Origin: Eledone cirrhosa | Lineage: Eukaryota | DNA length: 64,000 nt | Assembly (NCBI GenBank): GCA_964016885.1 | Contig: OZ024757.1 | Location: 28,706,001 to 28,770,000, forward strand | Direction of reading: 5' to 3' | Part shown: positions 27,600 to 40,503 of the stretch, piece after piece | How positions within the stretch are numbered: the stretch's first letter is position 1 | Layout: each line of letters begins with the position of its first letter | Translations under genes and position numbers: made by a program | The notes under the pieces: generated by a model | Seen by the model: the letters and a program-made list of their open reading frames with translations, nothing else | Told to the model about the DNA's origin: nothing | The model's database searches: none

Positions 27600-29000
27600 A
27601 ACAATAACACCACCACCACCACCACCATTATCTCCTGAATCACCCCCATGACTACCACTATCGACTTCATCACCACCACCACCATCAACATCAACACTAC
27701 CACCACTATCAACATCACCACCACCACCACCAACATCACTATCAATATCACTCCCACCACCACCTCCATTGCCAACAATAACCCCAACCCCACCACTACC
27801 ACCACCACAACCACCACCATTGCCAACAATAACCCCAACCCCACCACAACCACCACCACAACCACCACCATTGCCAACAATAACCCCAACCCCACCACTA
27901 CCACCACCACCATTGCGAACAATAATCCCAACCCCACCACCACCACCACCACCACCACTACTACTACAGTTATATGCCAACACCTCACCTATCTCCTCCA
28001 CCCGACTCTCACTAATTAGTGTCCATTGAATGTGACCTCAGACACTGAACTGTGAGGTAACTAATGTGAACAGTGTGTAATAATGTAGTAGTGGTGGTAA
28101 TGGTGGTGGTGGTGGTGGTAGTGATGGTATTGGTAATGGTGGTGGTAGTGGGGGTAGTAGTGGTAGTGGTGGTGGTGGTGGTAATGGTGGTGGTGGTGGT
28201 AGTGATGGTATTGGTGGTGGTGGTAGTAGTGATGGTATTGGTGGTGGTGGTAGTGATGGTATTGGTAATGGTGGTGGTATTGGTGGTGGGGGAATTGGTA
28301 GTGGTGGTGGTGGAATTGGTAGTGGTGGTGGTGGTGGGGGAATTGGTAGTGGTGGTGGTAGTGATGGTATTGGTAATGGTGGTGGTATTGGTGGTGGGGG
28401 AATTGGTAGTGGTGGTGGTGGAATTGGTAGTGGTGGTGGTGGTGGGGGAATTGGTAGTGGTGGTGGTAGTGATGGTATTGGTAATGGTCGTGGGGGAATT
28501 GATAGTGGTGGTAGTGGTAGTGGTGGTGGTAATGGTGGTGGTGGTGGTAGTGATGGTATTGGTAATGGTGGTGGTAATGGTGGTGGTAATGGTGATGGTA
28601 GTGGTGGTGGGGGAATTGGTAGTGGTGGTGGGGGAATTGGTGGTGGTAATGGTGGTAGTGATGGTATTGGTAATGGTGGTGGTATTGGTGGTGGTGTTGT
28701 TGGTGGTATTGTTTTTGGTGGTTGTAGGACTGATGGTGGTGGTAATAGGGTAGATAGTGATAGTGGTGGTGTTTATGGTAGTGGTTGTGGTGGTAATAGG
28801 GTAGATAGTGATAGTGGTAGTGGTAATAATGGTTGTAGGACTGGTGGTGGGGTGGTGGTGTTTATGGTAGTGCTTGTGATGATGGTGATGGTGGTGGTTA
28901 TGTTGGTGATGATGGTGTTGAAATTTCTGGAGTGTTGTTGGTGGTAGTGGTATTTGTAGTGGTGGTGTTGTTGGTGGTGGTGGTGGTGTTGATTGTGGTG
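27600..29000. repeat. (ACC)n-rich then (GGT)n-rich low-complexity arrays in opposite orientation
   Basis: C-rich 27600-27970, G-rich 28085-29000. Confidence 0.9.
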
Positions 29001-29279
29001 GAAGGAAGCGGCATAAGATGAAAACCAAGTATGACCTAGTATATATATATATTATACATCTGGGATTGACAGAAATCAGAAATAGTGAGAGTTGATCGCG
29101 GGACTCTGAACCTCATAATATGTACGGATCAAATAATTCCTGATGGAGTCTGATGTTTTGCCTTATGGTTTAATGATTTTGCCAATCTACCACCCTCGGT
29201 TTAGTAAGTAAGAGACCTAAACTTTTGATGGAGTCTTAAGGACACTGTCATGACATATGGTGTATCTTGGGCATGTTAA

Positions 29280-29705
29280 CCCTTTAGTATTTACATTACT
29301 CTATAAATACTCTATATTTTCATGGTAAAGGATTTATCTCACATAATATTGAATCTGTGAGATTTTGATATTTATTTTGAGAACAATATTTTAATATCAG
29401 TATGAGCAGCAAGTTACAGCTGGTTTGAACAGAAAGAGGTGAGAGAATTCTGGCCAGATATGACTAGTTTAAATGCTAAAGGGTTAACTTTTTATCATTT
29501 ACATTATATATATACTATTGTATTTTTGTGGTAAAGGCTTTATCTCACATAATTATCCCACATAATATCGAAACTATGAGATGTTAATGTTGTTTATTTT
29601 GAAAACAATACCTTAACATCAGTATGGGTAGCAAGTTACAGCTGGTTTGAACAGAAAGAGGTGAGAGAATTCTGGCCGGATATGACCGGTTTAAATGCTA
29701 AAGGG
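29280..29705 (-). mobile_element. Tandem pair of piggyBac-type MITEs sharing a TTAA
   Basis: TTAA|CCCTTTAG..GGG|TTAA at 29484-29487|CTTTT..GGG|TTAA. Confidence 0.85.
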
Positions 29706-31029
29706 TTAAACCTGGTGGAATCAATCCCTCCCAGGTCTGACACAGCCAATTTCTTCCAGAGAAGGAGAGATCATGAGAGGAAATGAGAAAAAAAATACAG
29801 AGGAAGAAATGATCCCAGTACTGTACAGGTAGATTTTTCCTGTCCATGAAAGGATTGAAGGCAAAGTTGACCTCGGCAGGATTTGAGCAGAGAAAGGTGG
29901 AATGTATACCGCAAAGCATTCCATCCAATGTTCTAACAACTCTGTCACTTTGTCTCCTCTGAACCATAGAGAGATGACAAAGAAGTGTGACATGTCGGTG
30001 GAAGCCATGTTGAAAAGACTCATCCAACCCATGCAAGCATGGAAACCAGACATAAAAATGATGATGATGATGACACTGTATGCATTATATTGTACACACT
30101 GAGTATAATATCATACACACTTTTTTAAAAGACTATTATATATGCTTTTTTATTCAAACTATTGTATAATAATATATATATTTTTATTATTATATTTATA
30201 TTTCCTGTCTCAGTTTTTTTATTATTTTATTTCCAATTTTTCTTTTACTGCACTTAACTTAGTTAAAAAATTCTTCTTCATACTCAACCATTTTTTTTTT
30301 CAACATGACAACAAAAAAAAACCTGCGTGTATGTTTAAATATACTTTATTATATTATATTATATCCTGTTTTATGTTGTACTATATTCTATTTTATATAT
30401 TATAGTGTTCCATTTTATGTTTTTGTTGTGTGTCCTATACATTTTTTTTTGTTTTACATTTCAAATTTTTATTTTGCTTTAACTTTAATAATTTGTTGTA
30501 TTTTTTCTGAAATAATATTTTTTATATATCCATCATCATCATTTAACGTCCATTTTCCCTGCTATCATATTGATTATATTTATCATATCATGTGAAACAG
30601 TCCTGCGTGTATTGTTTGTGTATTACAGCATACTCTATATTATATCAGACTTTTATATTATTTTATTACCATTATTATTATTATTGTGGTTGTTGTTGTT
30701 ATTATGTCACAAATCGAAAAGACTTTTTTCTTGTTTCATATTTCCCTTCTGCTTTTATTTTTTTAAAATTAAATTTCCAATCTTATTTGTATTTTTTTTA
30801 TTTAAAAAAAAAAATTGTTCCTGTAACTTTCCTTTTTTAATTTTTTAGCACATTGAAGAGTTTCCTTTTTTTTTTTTTTTTTTTTTTTCTTTAGTTACCA
30901 TGGAATTTCAAGAAATTTGACATGAGAAATTAAGTGAATTGTTTTGACAAGATATAACAATGAAATCCTGATAAATTTCTTTGTCTTCTTGTTTAAGTTT
31001 TTTTCTTTTCTATTCACTCTTCATATCAG

Positions 31030-31106
31030 TCTTGATTCCAAAAGTGAAGAATGAGCCAGAAGCGAGGGAAGATACACAAACTTTTGCCATGCCAGTTCCA
31101 AAGTAG
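31030..31106 (+). CDS. Candidate short coding exon (xLIPKVKNEPEAREDTQTFAMPVPK*)
   Basis: Long polypyrimidine tract plus CAG acceptor; non-repetitive, protein-like translation; no recognisable homology. Confidence 0.3.
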
Positions 31107-31236
31107 CTATGTCAAATCAAACACTGCCTTGTTATCATATTTCTAGTGAAAAACACTACCCACAATACTCAGATAGTTTCAAAAATATTTAAGAATTTGG
31201 AGGGATTTAGTCATATAACCCTGAAGCATAGCTTAA

Positions 31237-31540
31237 CCCTTTAGCATTTAAACCAGCCATATCCAACTCAAATTTTCTCAAACTCGTTATAACTGGCTGC
31301 TCACACTGCGAAAATGCAATAGTATATATAGAGTAATGTAAATGCTAAAGAGTTAAACTAGCCATATCCAGCTAGAATTCTCTAATATCTTTCTGTTCAA
31401 ACCGGCTGCAATTGGCCCCTCATACTGACTTGTTCTAAAACTAAATAATATCAAAATCTCATAGATTCGATATTATGTTAGATAAAGCCTTTACCGTGAA
31501 AATACAACAGTATATATAGAGTAGTGTAAATGGTAAAGGG
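31237..31540 (+). mobile_element. Tandem piggyBac-type MITEs (one internally deleted)
   Basis: TTAA|CCCTTTAGCATTTAAACC..AAAGGG|TTAA. Confidence 0.8.
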
Positions 31541-31916
31541 TTAACTAACTTTTTTTCATTTTTAAGTTACTTTTTGGAGCATAATTTATTCACTAAATTT
31601 TGTGGCTGTTCATTACATATATGTTATTACTTATTTAAAGATTCACTTCTTTAAAATCTTCAAATGTCAACACTTCCGGTTAGTGATCGTTTAAATAAAT
31701 ATTCATATATTTCTGTCACCAATTTTCTCCTAATGCAGTTTATATATAATATCGTCTTTTTTTAATGTATCATGGATTATGTTATTGATTACATAAGGCA
31801 GTGTAACGCAGTCTTCGTTCAATTTCTGTTTATATTGTCAATTACGATTTTCTTTGATGTATCATATCTACATGCATATATACTTGCGCATAATATCAAT
31901 ATGCACACTGCACATG

Positions 31917-31954
31917 CTAGCAGAAAACCACCCGAAGGGTGGTTTTTCTGCTAG
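31917..31954 (+). mobile_element. Helitron-type 3' terminus (GC hairpin + CTAG|T), itself palindromic
   Basis: CTAGCAGAAAACCACCC GAA GGGTGGTTTTTCTGCTAG followed by T. Confidence 0.55.
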
Positions 31955-31957
31955 TTA

Positions 31958-32690
31958 ATAATAATAATTGTTTCTACTTTAGGCACAAGGCCAGCAATTA
32001 CCCAGTGCATTACTGGTACTTTATTTTATCGACCCCGTAAGGATGAAAAGCAAAGTAAACGTCGGCAGGATTTGAACTCAGACCGTAAAGGGACGTAACT
32101 ATGTTGGAAAGCATGCCGTCTGACTCTCTACTGATACTGCCAATCCACCGCCCTAGTTAATAATAATAATGATTTCTAATTTAGGCATAAGTCCAGCAAT
32201 TTTAAGAAAGAATAAGTCAATTAAATGGAGTCGTATTTTATTCTATCGACGGAAGGATTTGAACACAGAATGTAAAGAGATGAAACAAATACCTGAGTAT
32301 TTGACTTGTACTTCATTTTATTGACTCTGGGAGGATGAAAGACAAAGGTGACCTCAGTGGGATTTGAACACACAATATAATCAGTCAAAATAAATACATT
32401 AAGAGAATTTTCCTAACACACTAACAATTCTACCAATCCACCACTCTAATAATAATAATGATTTCTACTATAGGCACAAGGCCAGTAATTTGGAGGGAGG
32501 AGAAAGTCGATTAAATCGACCCCAGAAACGTTACTGGTGCTTTATTTTATCAACCCAGTAAGTACGAAAGGCAAAGTTAACTTTGGAGCGATTTGAACTC
32601 AGACCATAACGGACCGTAATTCTCTGCTGCAAAGCATGGCATCCGACTCTCTACCAATATTGCCAATTCACCACTCTAATAATAATAATA
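31958..32690 (-). mobile_element. Cluster of SINE family B copies (two well conserved, others degenerate)
   Basis: Repeated GGATGAAA..GGATTTGAAC motifs separated by (AAT)n tails. Confidence 0.8.
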
Positions 32691-32894
32691 ACAACAACAT
32701 TAAATCTGTCAAAATGTAAAAAAAAAAAAAAATAAATAAATAAATAAAAAAAAAAAAATCTAAATGAAAAGAAAAAAAAAAGGCATTTTGAAGGGAATTT
32801 TAAGAGATGGCTGCATTTATCTGAGAGGTAGTATTATAGATAGCAGCAAATTAACCCTTTAAATAGAGCTGTCAGTGAAGGGATGAAACCTTAC

Positions 32895-32906
32895 AATTAG
32901 GATTTC
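32895..32906 (-). CDS. Candidate 12-nt microexon (GAAATCCTAATT)
   Basis: Minus strand CATGCAATTTCTTCTTACAG|GAAATCCTAATT|GTAAGG; strong acceptor and donor, length a multiple of 3. Confidence 0.35.
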
Positions 32907-33387
32907 CTGTAAGAAGAAATTGCATGGAAACTATCTGACAGTGGATATTGTTGTTGTAAAAAGTTGGTGGAAACTGCAAACTATCAAGTTGTATACTGAA
33001 CACACAGTATCTACATTGTAGAAAGCTGTTGTTGTTGTTGTTGTTGGACCTTCATTGGTTCTTACAATGATTGTTTCAGGTATTTCAACAATGGAACAGA
33101 CTATTTGAGAAATTAACACGCAAGTGGCTGAGTATTCCACAGACACATGTATCCTAGACATAGTTCTCGAGGAGATTCAGTGTGACAGAGTATGTGACAA
33201 GGCCCATTGAATTACAGGTACAGTACAACTCATCTTTTGCTAACTGAGGGGACTGGGGCAACATAAAAAAAATTGCCTTGTTCAAGGAATCAGCTGTATA
33301 TTGTGTATGTACCATAAGCTGTATAATAACAACTGTAAATAGTATTCTATACAATATACACTGTTGTTATATTGTACAATAATTTAA

Positions 33388-33597
33388 CCCTTTAGCATTT
33401 AAACCAACCATACCCATCCAGAATCCTCTAACCTCTTTCTGTTCAAACTGGCTGTAACCAGCTGCTCATACTGATGTCAAAGTATTGTTCTAAAAATAAA
33501 TAATATCAAAATCTCATTGATTCAATATTATGTGAGGTAAAGCTTTAACTGTGAAAATATAATAGTAAAAATAGAGAGTAATGGAAATGTTAATGGG
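33388..33597 (+). mobile_element. piggyBac-type MITE
   Basis: TTAA|CCCTTTAGC..GGG|TTAA. Confidence 0.85.
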
Positions 33598-33828
33598 TTA
33601 AGCTGTAAACTATTATACACTGTATACAACTATTAGACTGTACACTGAATACTGTGTGTATCTAGTATACCATATCTTTGTGTATTGAAATTGCCAACTA
33701 AAAGGGTAGATGTATGAAGAGCAAGCATCTGTAATATATTGTCACAAAAAAGACCCCATGATGTACATGAGGCTTATCACAAGAGCTTGCAAGGCTAACC
33801 CCTGCTGTAGCTAGGAAAACAGCCTTAA

Positions 33829-34024
33829 CTCTTTTGCATTTAAACCGGCCACATCCAGCCAGAATTCTCTCACCTCTTTCTCGTAACCTGCCACTCATAC
33901 CGATCTTAAGGTACTGTTCTCAAAATAAATAACATCAAAATCTCATAGATTCGATATAATGTGTGGTAAAGCCTTTACCATGAAAATACAATAGTACACA
34001 TAGAGTAATGTAAATGCTAAAGGG
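33829..34024 (+). mobile_element. piggyBac-type MITE
   Basis: TTAA|CTCTTTTGC..GCTAAAGGG|TTAA. Confidence 0.85.
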
Positions 34025-34672
34025 TTAAAATATTTGTTGTTGCATTTTGTTGGTCACAACTCCTGACAGAAGGAGCAACAGAAGGTGCTGTTTGATCCAG
34101 GAATCAATCCTATGACCCTATGATCCCAAATTCAAAGCCCTAACCACTAGGTTATATGCCTTGGTAACAAAAGGGTCTAATATGAACATTTTAAAAGATA
34201 AATTATTTGATCAATTATTTGGAGGAATTTAGAAATATAACTGTCTCGTTATTAATCTAGCATTTAGAACATAACATTGTTTGTTATTACAATAGATGGT
34301 TTTTAGGTAAATACATTCTAACACTCTAGTTTCCAATGAAAGACACTGCCTATGACTTTCAAATAATTTTGAAAAAAATCAAAAATTTAAAGGGATTTAG
34401 AAATAAAATTAACTTTATTATTGAGCTGGTGTTTGGAACATAACAAAAGTTCATCATCATCATCATATATATATAATATCCAACTCTTGCTAGCAGGGAA
34501 AACAGATGTTAAATGATGATATATATATATATATATGGGTAGAAGTTATATTTAATTTGTTGGGATACAACAAGCAAATATTTTTATAACTGATATAAAG
34601 CACTCAACAAAAATTTTTGGAGTAAAAATACAATATATTAACAAATGGAAACTATATTTATAAAACCATATT

Positions 34673-34737
34673 TATTTCATTATACATATTTCAAGAACAC
34701 CAAAGCAAATTATGGTGTGCTTTCATCAGATAAAATA
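34673..34737 (-). ncRNA. Type I hammerhead ribozyme in a (TA)n-flanked cassette (~34537-34826)
   Basis: Minus: UAUUUUAU-CUGAUGA-AAGCACACCA..UGGUGUUCUU-GAAA-UAUGUA-UA^AUGAAAUA. Confidence 0.8.
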
Positions 34738-34823
34738 TAATATAGATCAGTTTTATAAACAAATATTGACATACCCTTAAAAGAATGCGACCATGTCTGT
34801 TGGAAGCTCCCGGATAGTAATAT

Positions 34824-34874
<51 letters not shown>

Positions 34875-35090
34875 GTTGTAGTTTGCTTGAAGCATTGTTG
34901 AATAGTAAATATAAATTTAAATAATTTTAAAAGCCTTAAAATGCATTAGAAAATTAAAGGTGCCAATTTATTCATCCCAAATATTTTGGGGTTTAAAAAC
35001 CTATTATCAAGGGAGTATCTCAGTGAAGGTCTTAAAGGATTGGTTGGAGATGAGTTGTTGTTAGGAAGGCAGATATATATATATATATAT

Positions 35091-35314
35091 ATAATATAAA
35101 ACGAAAAATCAGTGATGCATATGAACTCAATTTATTGTGTGTTACAATTGTTTCGCCGGCGGACAGCTCGAGACACGATCATTGTGTGGATCTGTCTGAT
35201 TCATGTCTAATGATTTCGGAGCAAATTCTCTGTGAGAGAATTTGCTCCGAAATCATTAGACGTGTCCATCGAACCTGAGTTCAGATGCATCACTGATTTT
35301 CCATTTTATATTAT
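35091..35314. mobile_element. Fold-back cassette in (TA)n with a degenerate hammerhead and an inner perfect palindrome
   Basis: ~40-bp terminal inverted repeats; 27-bp-arm palindrome 35205-35261; minus-strand GUGU-CU(--)CGA-GCUG UCCGC CGGC-GAAA-CAAUUG-UA-ACAC at 35139-35176. Confidence 0.7.
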
Positions 35315-35316
35315 AT

Positions 35317-35384
<68 letters not shown>

Positions 35385-35839
35385 TCGTTTTATATTATAT
35401 CATACTCTGCTCTGTAAGAACATAGAGTGCTCAACCAGCATACCGCCTATGGAAGCATCTTAGCTACCATTAGACACATATATATATATACACACAAATA
35501 TAGATATATATACTTATAAATATACATATTGCTTATTAATGTGCACACACAATTCAGCACCGAAGATTGGAAACTTAGAATCAGCTAATTATTTAATCTT
35601 ATCTATTGATCATCTCATAATTCTCTCTCTCTCTCTCTCATTCACAGTCACTACAAACACCCATACATACACAGGTACACACATACAGATATATGCTCAT
35701 ACACATATACACTTACACACACAGCAACACATGTTGACAACATTCATATCTAAGACAAAAACATTGAAACAATACATGCCATGTCATGTACACACCTACA
35801 CCAACATCACCTCACACGTGTATATACACACACACATTA

Positions 35840-36200
35840 CCATGTCACCACACACCAACCCACGCTATTCTACTGCCACACACATGCATCTCCAACATCT
35901 CCATGTCACCACAAACCAACCCAAGCTATCCTACTGCCACACACATGCATCTCCAACATCTCCATGTCACCACAAACCAACCCAAGCTATCCTACTGCCA
36001 CACACATGCTCAACCCCATCCTACTGCCACACAAACATATCTCCATCATCTCCATGTCACCACACACCAACCCACGCTATCCTACTGCCACACACATATC
36101 TCCATCATCTCCATGTCTCCACACCATCCTACCCTACACACACACATCACCTCCATGTCACCACACACATCTACACACACCAGCACCATGCCGAACCCCA
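35840..36200. repeat. 61-bp minisatellite (~5 degenerate copies)
   Basis: CCATGTCACC recurs at 35840, 35901 and 35962. Confidence 0.85.
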
Positions 36201-36611
36201 TCCTATTACCACTATACCGCAATGCAAAACCACACTATAAACGCTGAATTGGTTTTCCTCCAGAAGTTTAGAGTAAAAATTCCGGCATGGTTTCTTACAC
36301 GCAGGCAAAGGTAATAGAGATAAGTGTGATGCACTGAACAAACTCTTTGAGGAACGAGGAAATCTTTGGTTTTAAAAAAAAAAATAATACAAGATAAAAA
36401 AAAAAATAAACCAGAATGCTTTTAACTAGCTGAATTTTCATTAGCTGAATTTTCATTAGCAAAAACTAATGAAGTTTGTTTTCACAAGTTGTAGATCTCA
36501 TCTTCAACAACTGTGATATGAGAGATATTTAGACAATTATTTTTAAAATTTTTGAAAAGTTGAAAGAAATCAATATATATATATATATATATATATTTCA
36601 TTTGTTTGTAT

Positions 36612-36644
<33 letters not shown>

Positions 36645-36740
36645 AATATATATATATTTATATATATTTATATTTGTTTGTATATATACACACACATATA
36701 TATATATATATTTATATATGTTTCATTTGTTTGTATATAT

Positions 36741-36780
<40 letters not shown>

Positions 36781-36801
36781 GTTTCATTTGTTTGTATATA
36801 T

Positions 36802-36856
<55 letters not shown>

Positions 36857-36884
36857 CATATATATTTTTATATATATATATATT

Positions 36885-36917
<33 letters not shown>

Positions 36918-37100
36918 TTTTATATATATATATTTTTATATATATATATTTTTATATATATATATTTTTATATATATATATATTTTTATATATATATATA
37001 TTTTTATATATATATATATTTTTATATATATATATTTTTATATATATATATATTTATATATATATATATATTTATATATATATTTATATATATATATATT

Positions 37101-37133
<33 letters not shown>

Positions 37134-37183
37134 ATTTATATATATATATTTATATATATTTATATATATATATATATATATAC

Positions 37184-37345
37184 GTAGGTCCCGGGTTGAG
37201 TCGGGGATAACCACAGTAAGTAAGGTACTCAATACATGGCAGAGTAGAATTTTTTTATTTTATAGAAGGAGCTTCTACGGGACTAGTACCGTTTCATTCA
37301 GATGAAATCTTCAGGAAGCAGATGAAATCTTCAGGAAGCAGTGCT
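37184..37345 (-). mobile_element. Short PLE-type cassette with a hammerhead-like core (same family as 47795-47985)
   Basis: Minus: CTGAAGATTTCATCTGAATGAAACGGTACTAGTCCCGTAGAAGC..TATTGAGTACCTT..; 20-bp tandem duplication 37301-37340. Confidence 0.65.
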
Positions 37346-37376
<31 letters not shown>

Positions 37377-37425
37377 ATAAATATATATATAAATATATAT
37401 ATATATAAATATATATATATATATT

Positions 37426-37491
<66 letters not shown>

Positions 37492-37692
37492 TATATATAT
37501 ATTTATATAAATATATATATATATATAAACATTTATATAAATAAATATATATATATATATATAAATATATATATATATTTATATAAATATATATATATAT
37601 AAACATATATATATATATTTATATAAATAAATATATATATATATATAAACATATATATATATATAAATATATATATATATTTATATAAATAT

Positions 37693-37741
<49 letters not shown>

Positions 37742-37763
37742 AATATATATATATATTTATATA

Positions 37764-37812
<49 letters not shown>

Positions 37813-37864
37813 ATATATATATATATATAAACATATATATATATATATAAATATATAAACATAT

Positions 37865-37897
<33 letters not shown>

Positions 37898-37949
37898 AAT
37901 ATATAAACATATATATATATATATAAATATATATATATATATTTATATA

Positions 37950-37998
<49 letters not shown>

Positions 37999-38155
37999 TT
38001 ATATATATATATGTTTATATATATATATTTATATATATATATATGTTTATATATATATATTTATATATATATTTATATATATATATATGTTTATATATAT
38101 ATATTTATATATATATATGTTTATATATATATATTTATATATATATTTATATATA

Positions 38156-38211
<56 letters not shown>

Positions 38212-38251
38212 TATTTATATATTTATATATATATTTATATATATAAATATT

Positions 38252-38286
<35 letters not shown>

Positions 38287-38289
38287 ATA

Positions 38290-38344
<55 letters not shown>

Positions 38345-38582
38345 TTATTTATATATTTATATATATATATATTTATATATATATATATTTATATATAGTA
38401 TTTATATTGTAACATTAATTTTAATTTTATCCTCTTTTGATATGAATGTAATCGTTAAATGTATACTGCCACGCTAAATGTTATAATGGACGTCGACCCA
38501 CCAAGCAACAATATATGCATATGTATCTGTATGTCTCTTGGGTTGAAAAGGAGGTCATATATGTGATCATTCATTAATAAAT

Positions 38583-38629
38583 TGCTCCGAAGAATCCAAA
38601 CCTCTGTTTGGAGGAAACAATTGTAAGCA
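38583..38629 (+). ncRNA. Minimal type I hammerhead motif (core variant CCGAAGA)
   Basis: UGCU-CCGAAGA-A UCCAAAC CUCU GUUUGGA G-GAAA-CAAUUG-UA^AGCA. Confidence 0.7.
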
Positions 38630-38771
38630 TATAAATGATTTGAACAGAACTTTGATTATTATAACATATATATTTATATATATATATATATTTATTTATA
38701 TATATATTTATATATATATATAAATATATATATATAAATATGAAAAACCACAGACCCTCCATCTGAACTCA

Positions 38772-38809
38772 CCTTTTGAAAAGCAGAAGAACTGCGAAAC
38801 CGGTAAAGG
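38772..38809 (+). ncRNA. Minimal type I hammerhead motif (core variant UUGAAAA)
   Basis: CCUU-UUGAAAA-GCAG AAGAA CUGC-GAAA-CCGG-UA^AAGG; palindromic stem III ACCGGU. Confidence 0.7.
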
Positions 38810-39463
38810 AACCAAATAAATATATATATTTTTAAAAAAATAAGACTTCAGTTGCATTTTCGATTTCATCCCTTTTTCTTTATAAATATATATATTTATA
38901 TATAAATATATATATATATATTTATATTTATATATAAATATATATATATATATTTATATTTATATATAAATATATATATATATATTTATATTTATATATA
39001 AATATATATATATATATTTATATTTATATATAAATATATATATATATATTTATATTTATATATAAATATATATATATATATTTATATTTATATATAAATA
39101 TATATATATATATTTATATTTATATATAAATATATATATATATATTTATATTTATATATAAATATATATATATATATTTATATTTATATATAAATATATA
39201 TATATATTTATATTTATATATAAATATATATATATATTCATATTTATATATAAATATATATATATATTTATATTTATATATAAATATATATATATATTCA
39301 TATTTATATATAAATATATATATATATTTATATTTATATATAAATATATATATATATTTATATATAAATATATATATATATTCATATTTATATATAAATA
39401 TATATATATATTTATATTTATATATAAATATATATATATATTCATATTTATATATAAATATAT

Positions 39464-39498
<35 letters not shown>

Positions 39499-39549
39499 AA
39501 TATATATATATTTATATATAAATATATTCATATTTATATATAAATATAT

Positions 39550-39766
<217 letters not shown>

Positions 39767-39786
39767 AATATATATATATAAATATA

Positions 39787-39902
<116 letters not shown>

Positions 39903-39905
39903 AAT

Positions 39906-40146
<241 letters not shown>

Positions 40147-40217
40147 TATAAATATATATATAAATATATATATATATATAAATATATATATATATAAATA
40201 TATATATAAATATATAA

Positions 40218-40336
<119 letters not shown>

Positions 40337-40503
40337 AATATATATATATGTAGATAAATCTACCAAGAGTTTACGGTAGTGTCCAATCCGTATGAAGAAC
40401 TCAATGTATTCCGGATATCATGGAAAGAAGAGATGTAATGAAAATCCAATTTCGGTGAAAGATAAACGGTATACAGAGTCAAGATAAAATATTAAACAAA
40501 TAA

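Noticed and set aside
31917-31954. Bacterial rho-independent terminator
   Set aside because: The context is eukaryotic; a Helitron-type end explains the hairpin and CTAG better.
35539-36314. His/Pro/Thr-rich overlapping ORFs
   Set aside because: Product of a 61-bp minisatellite that is open in all three frames.
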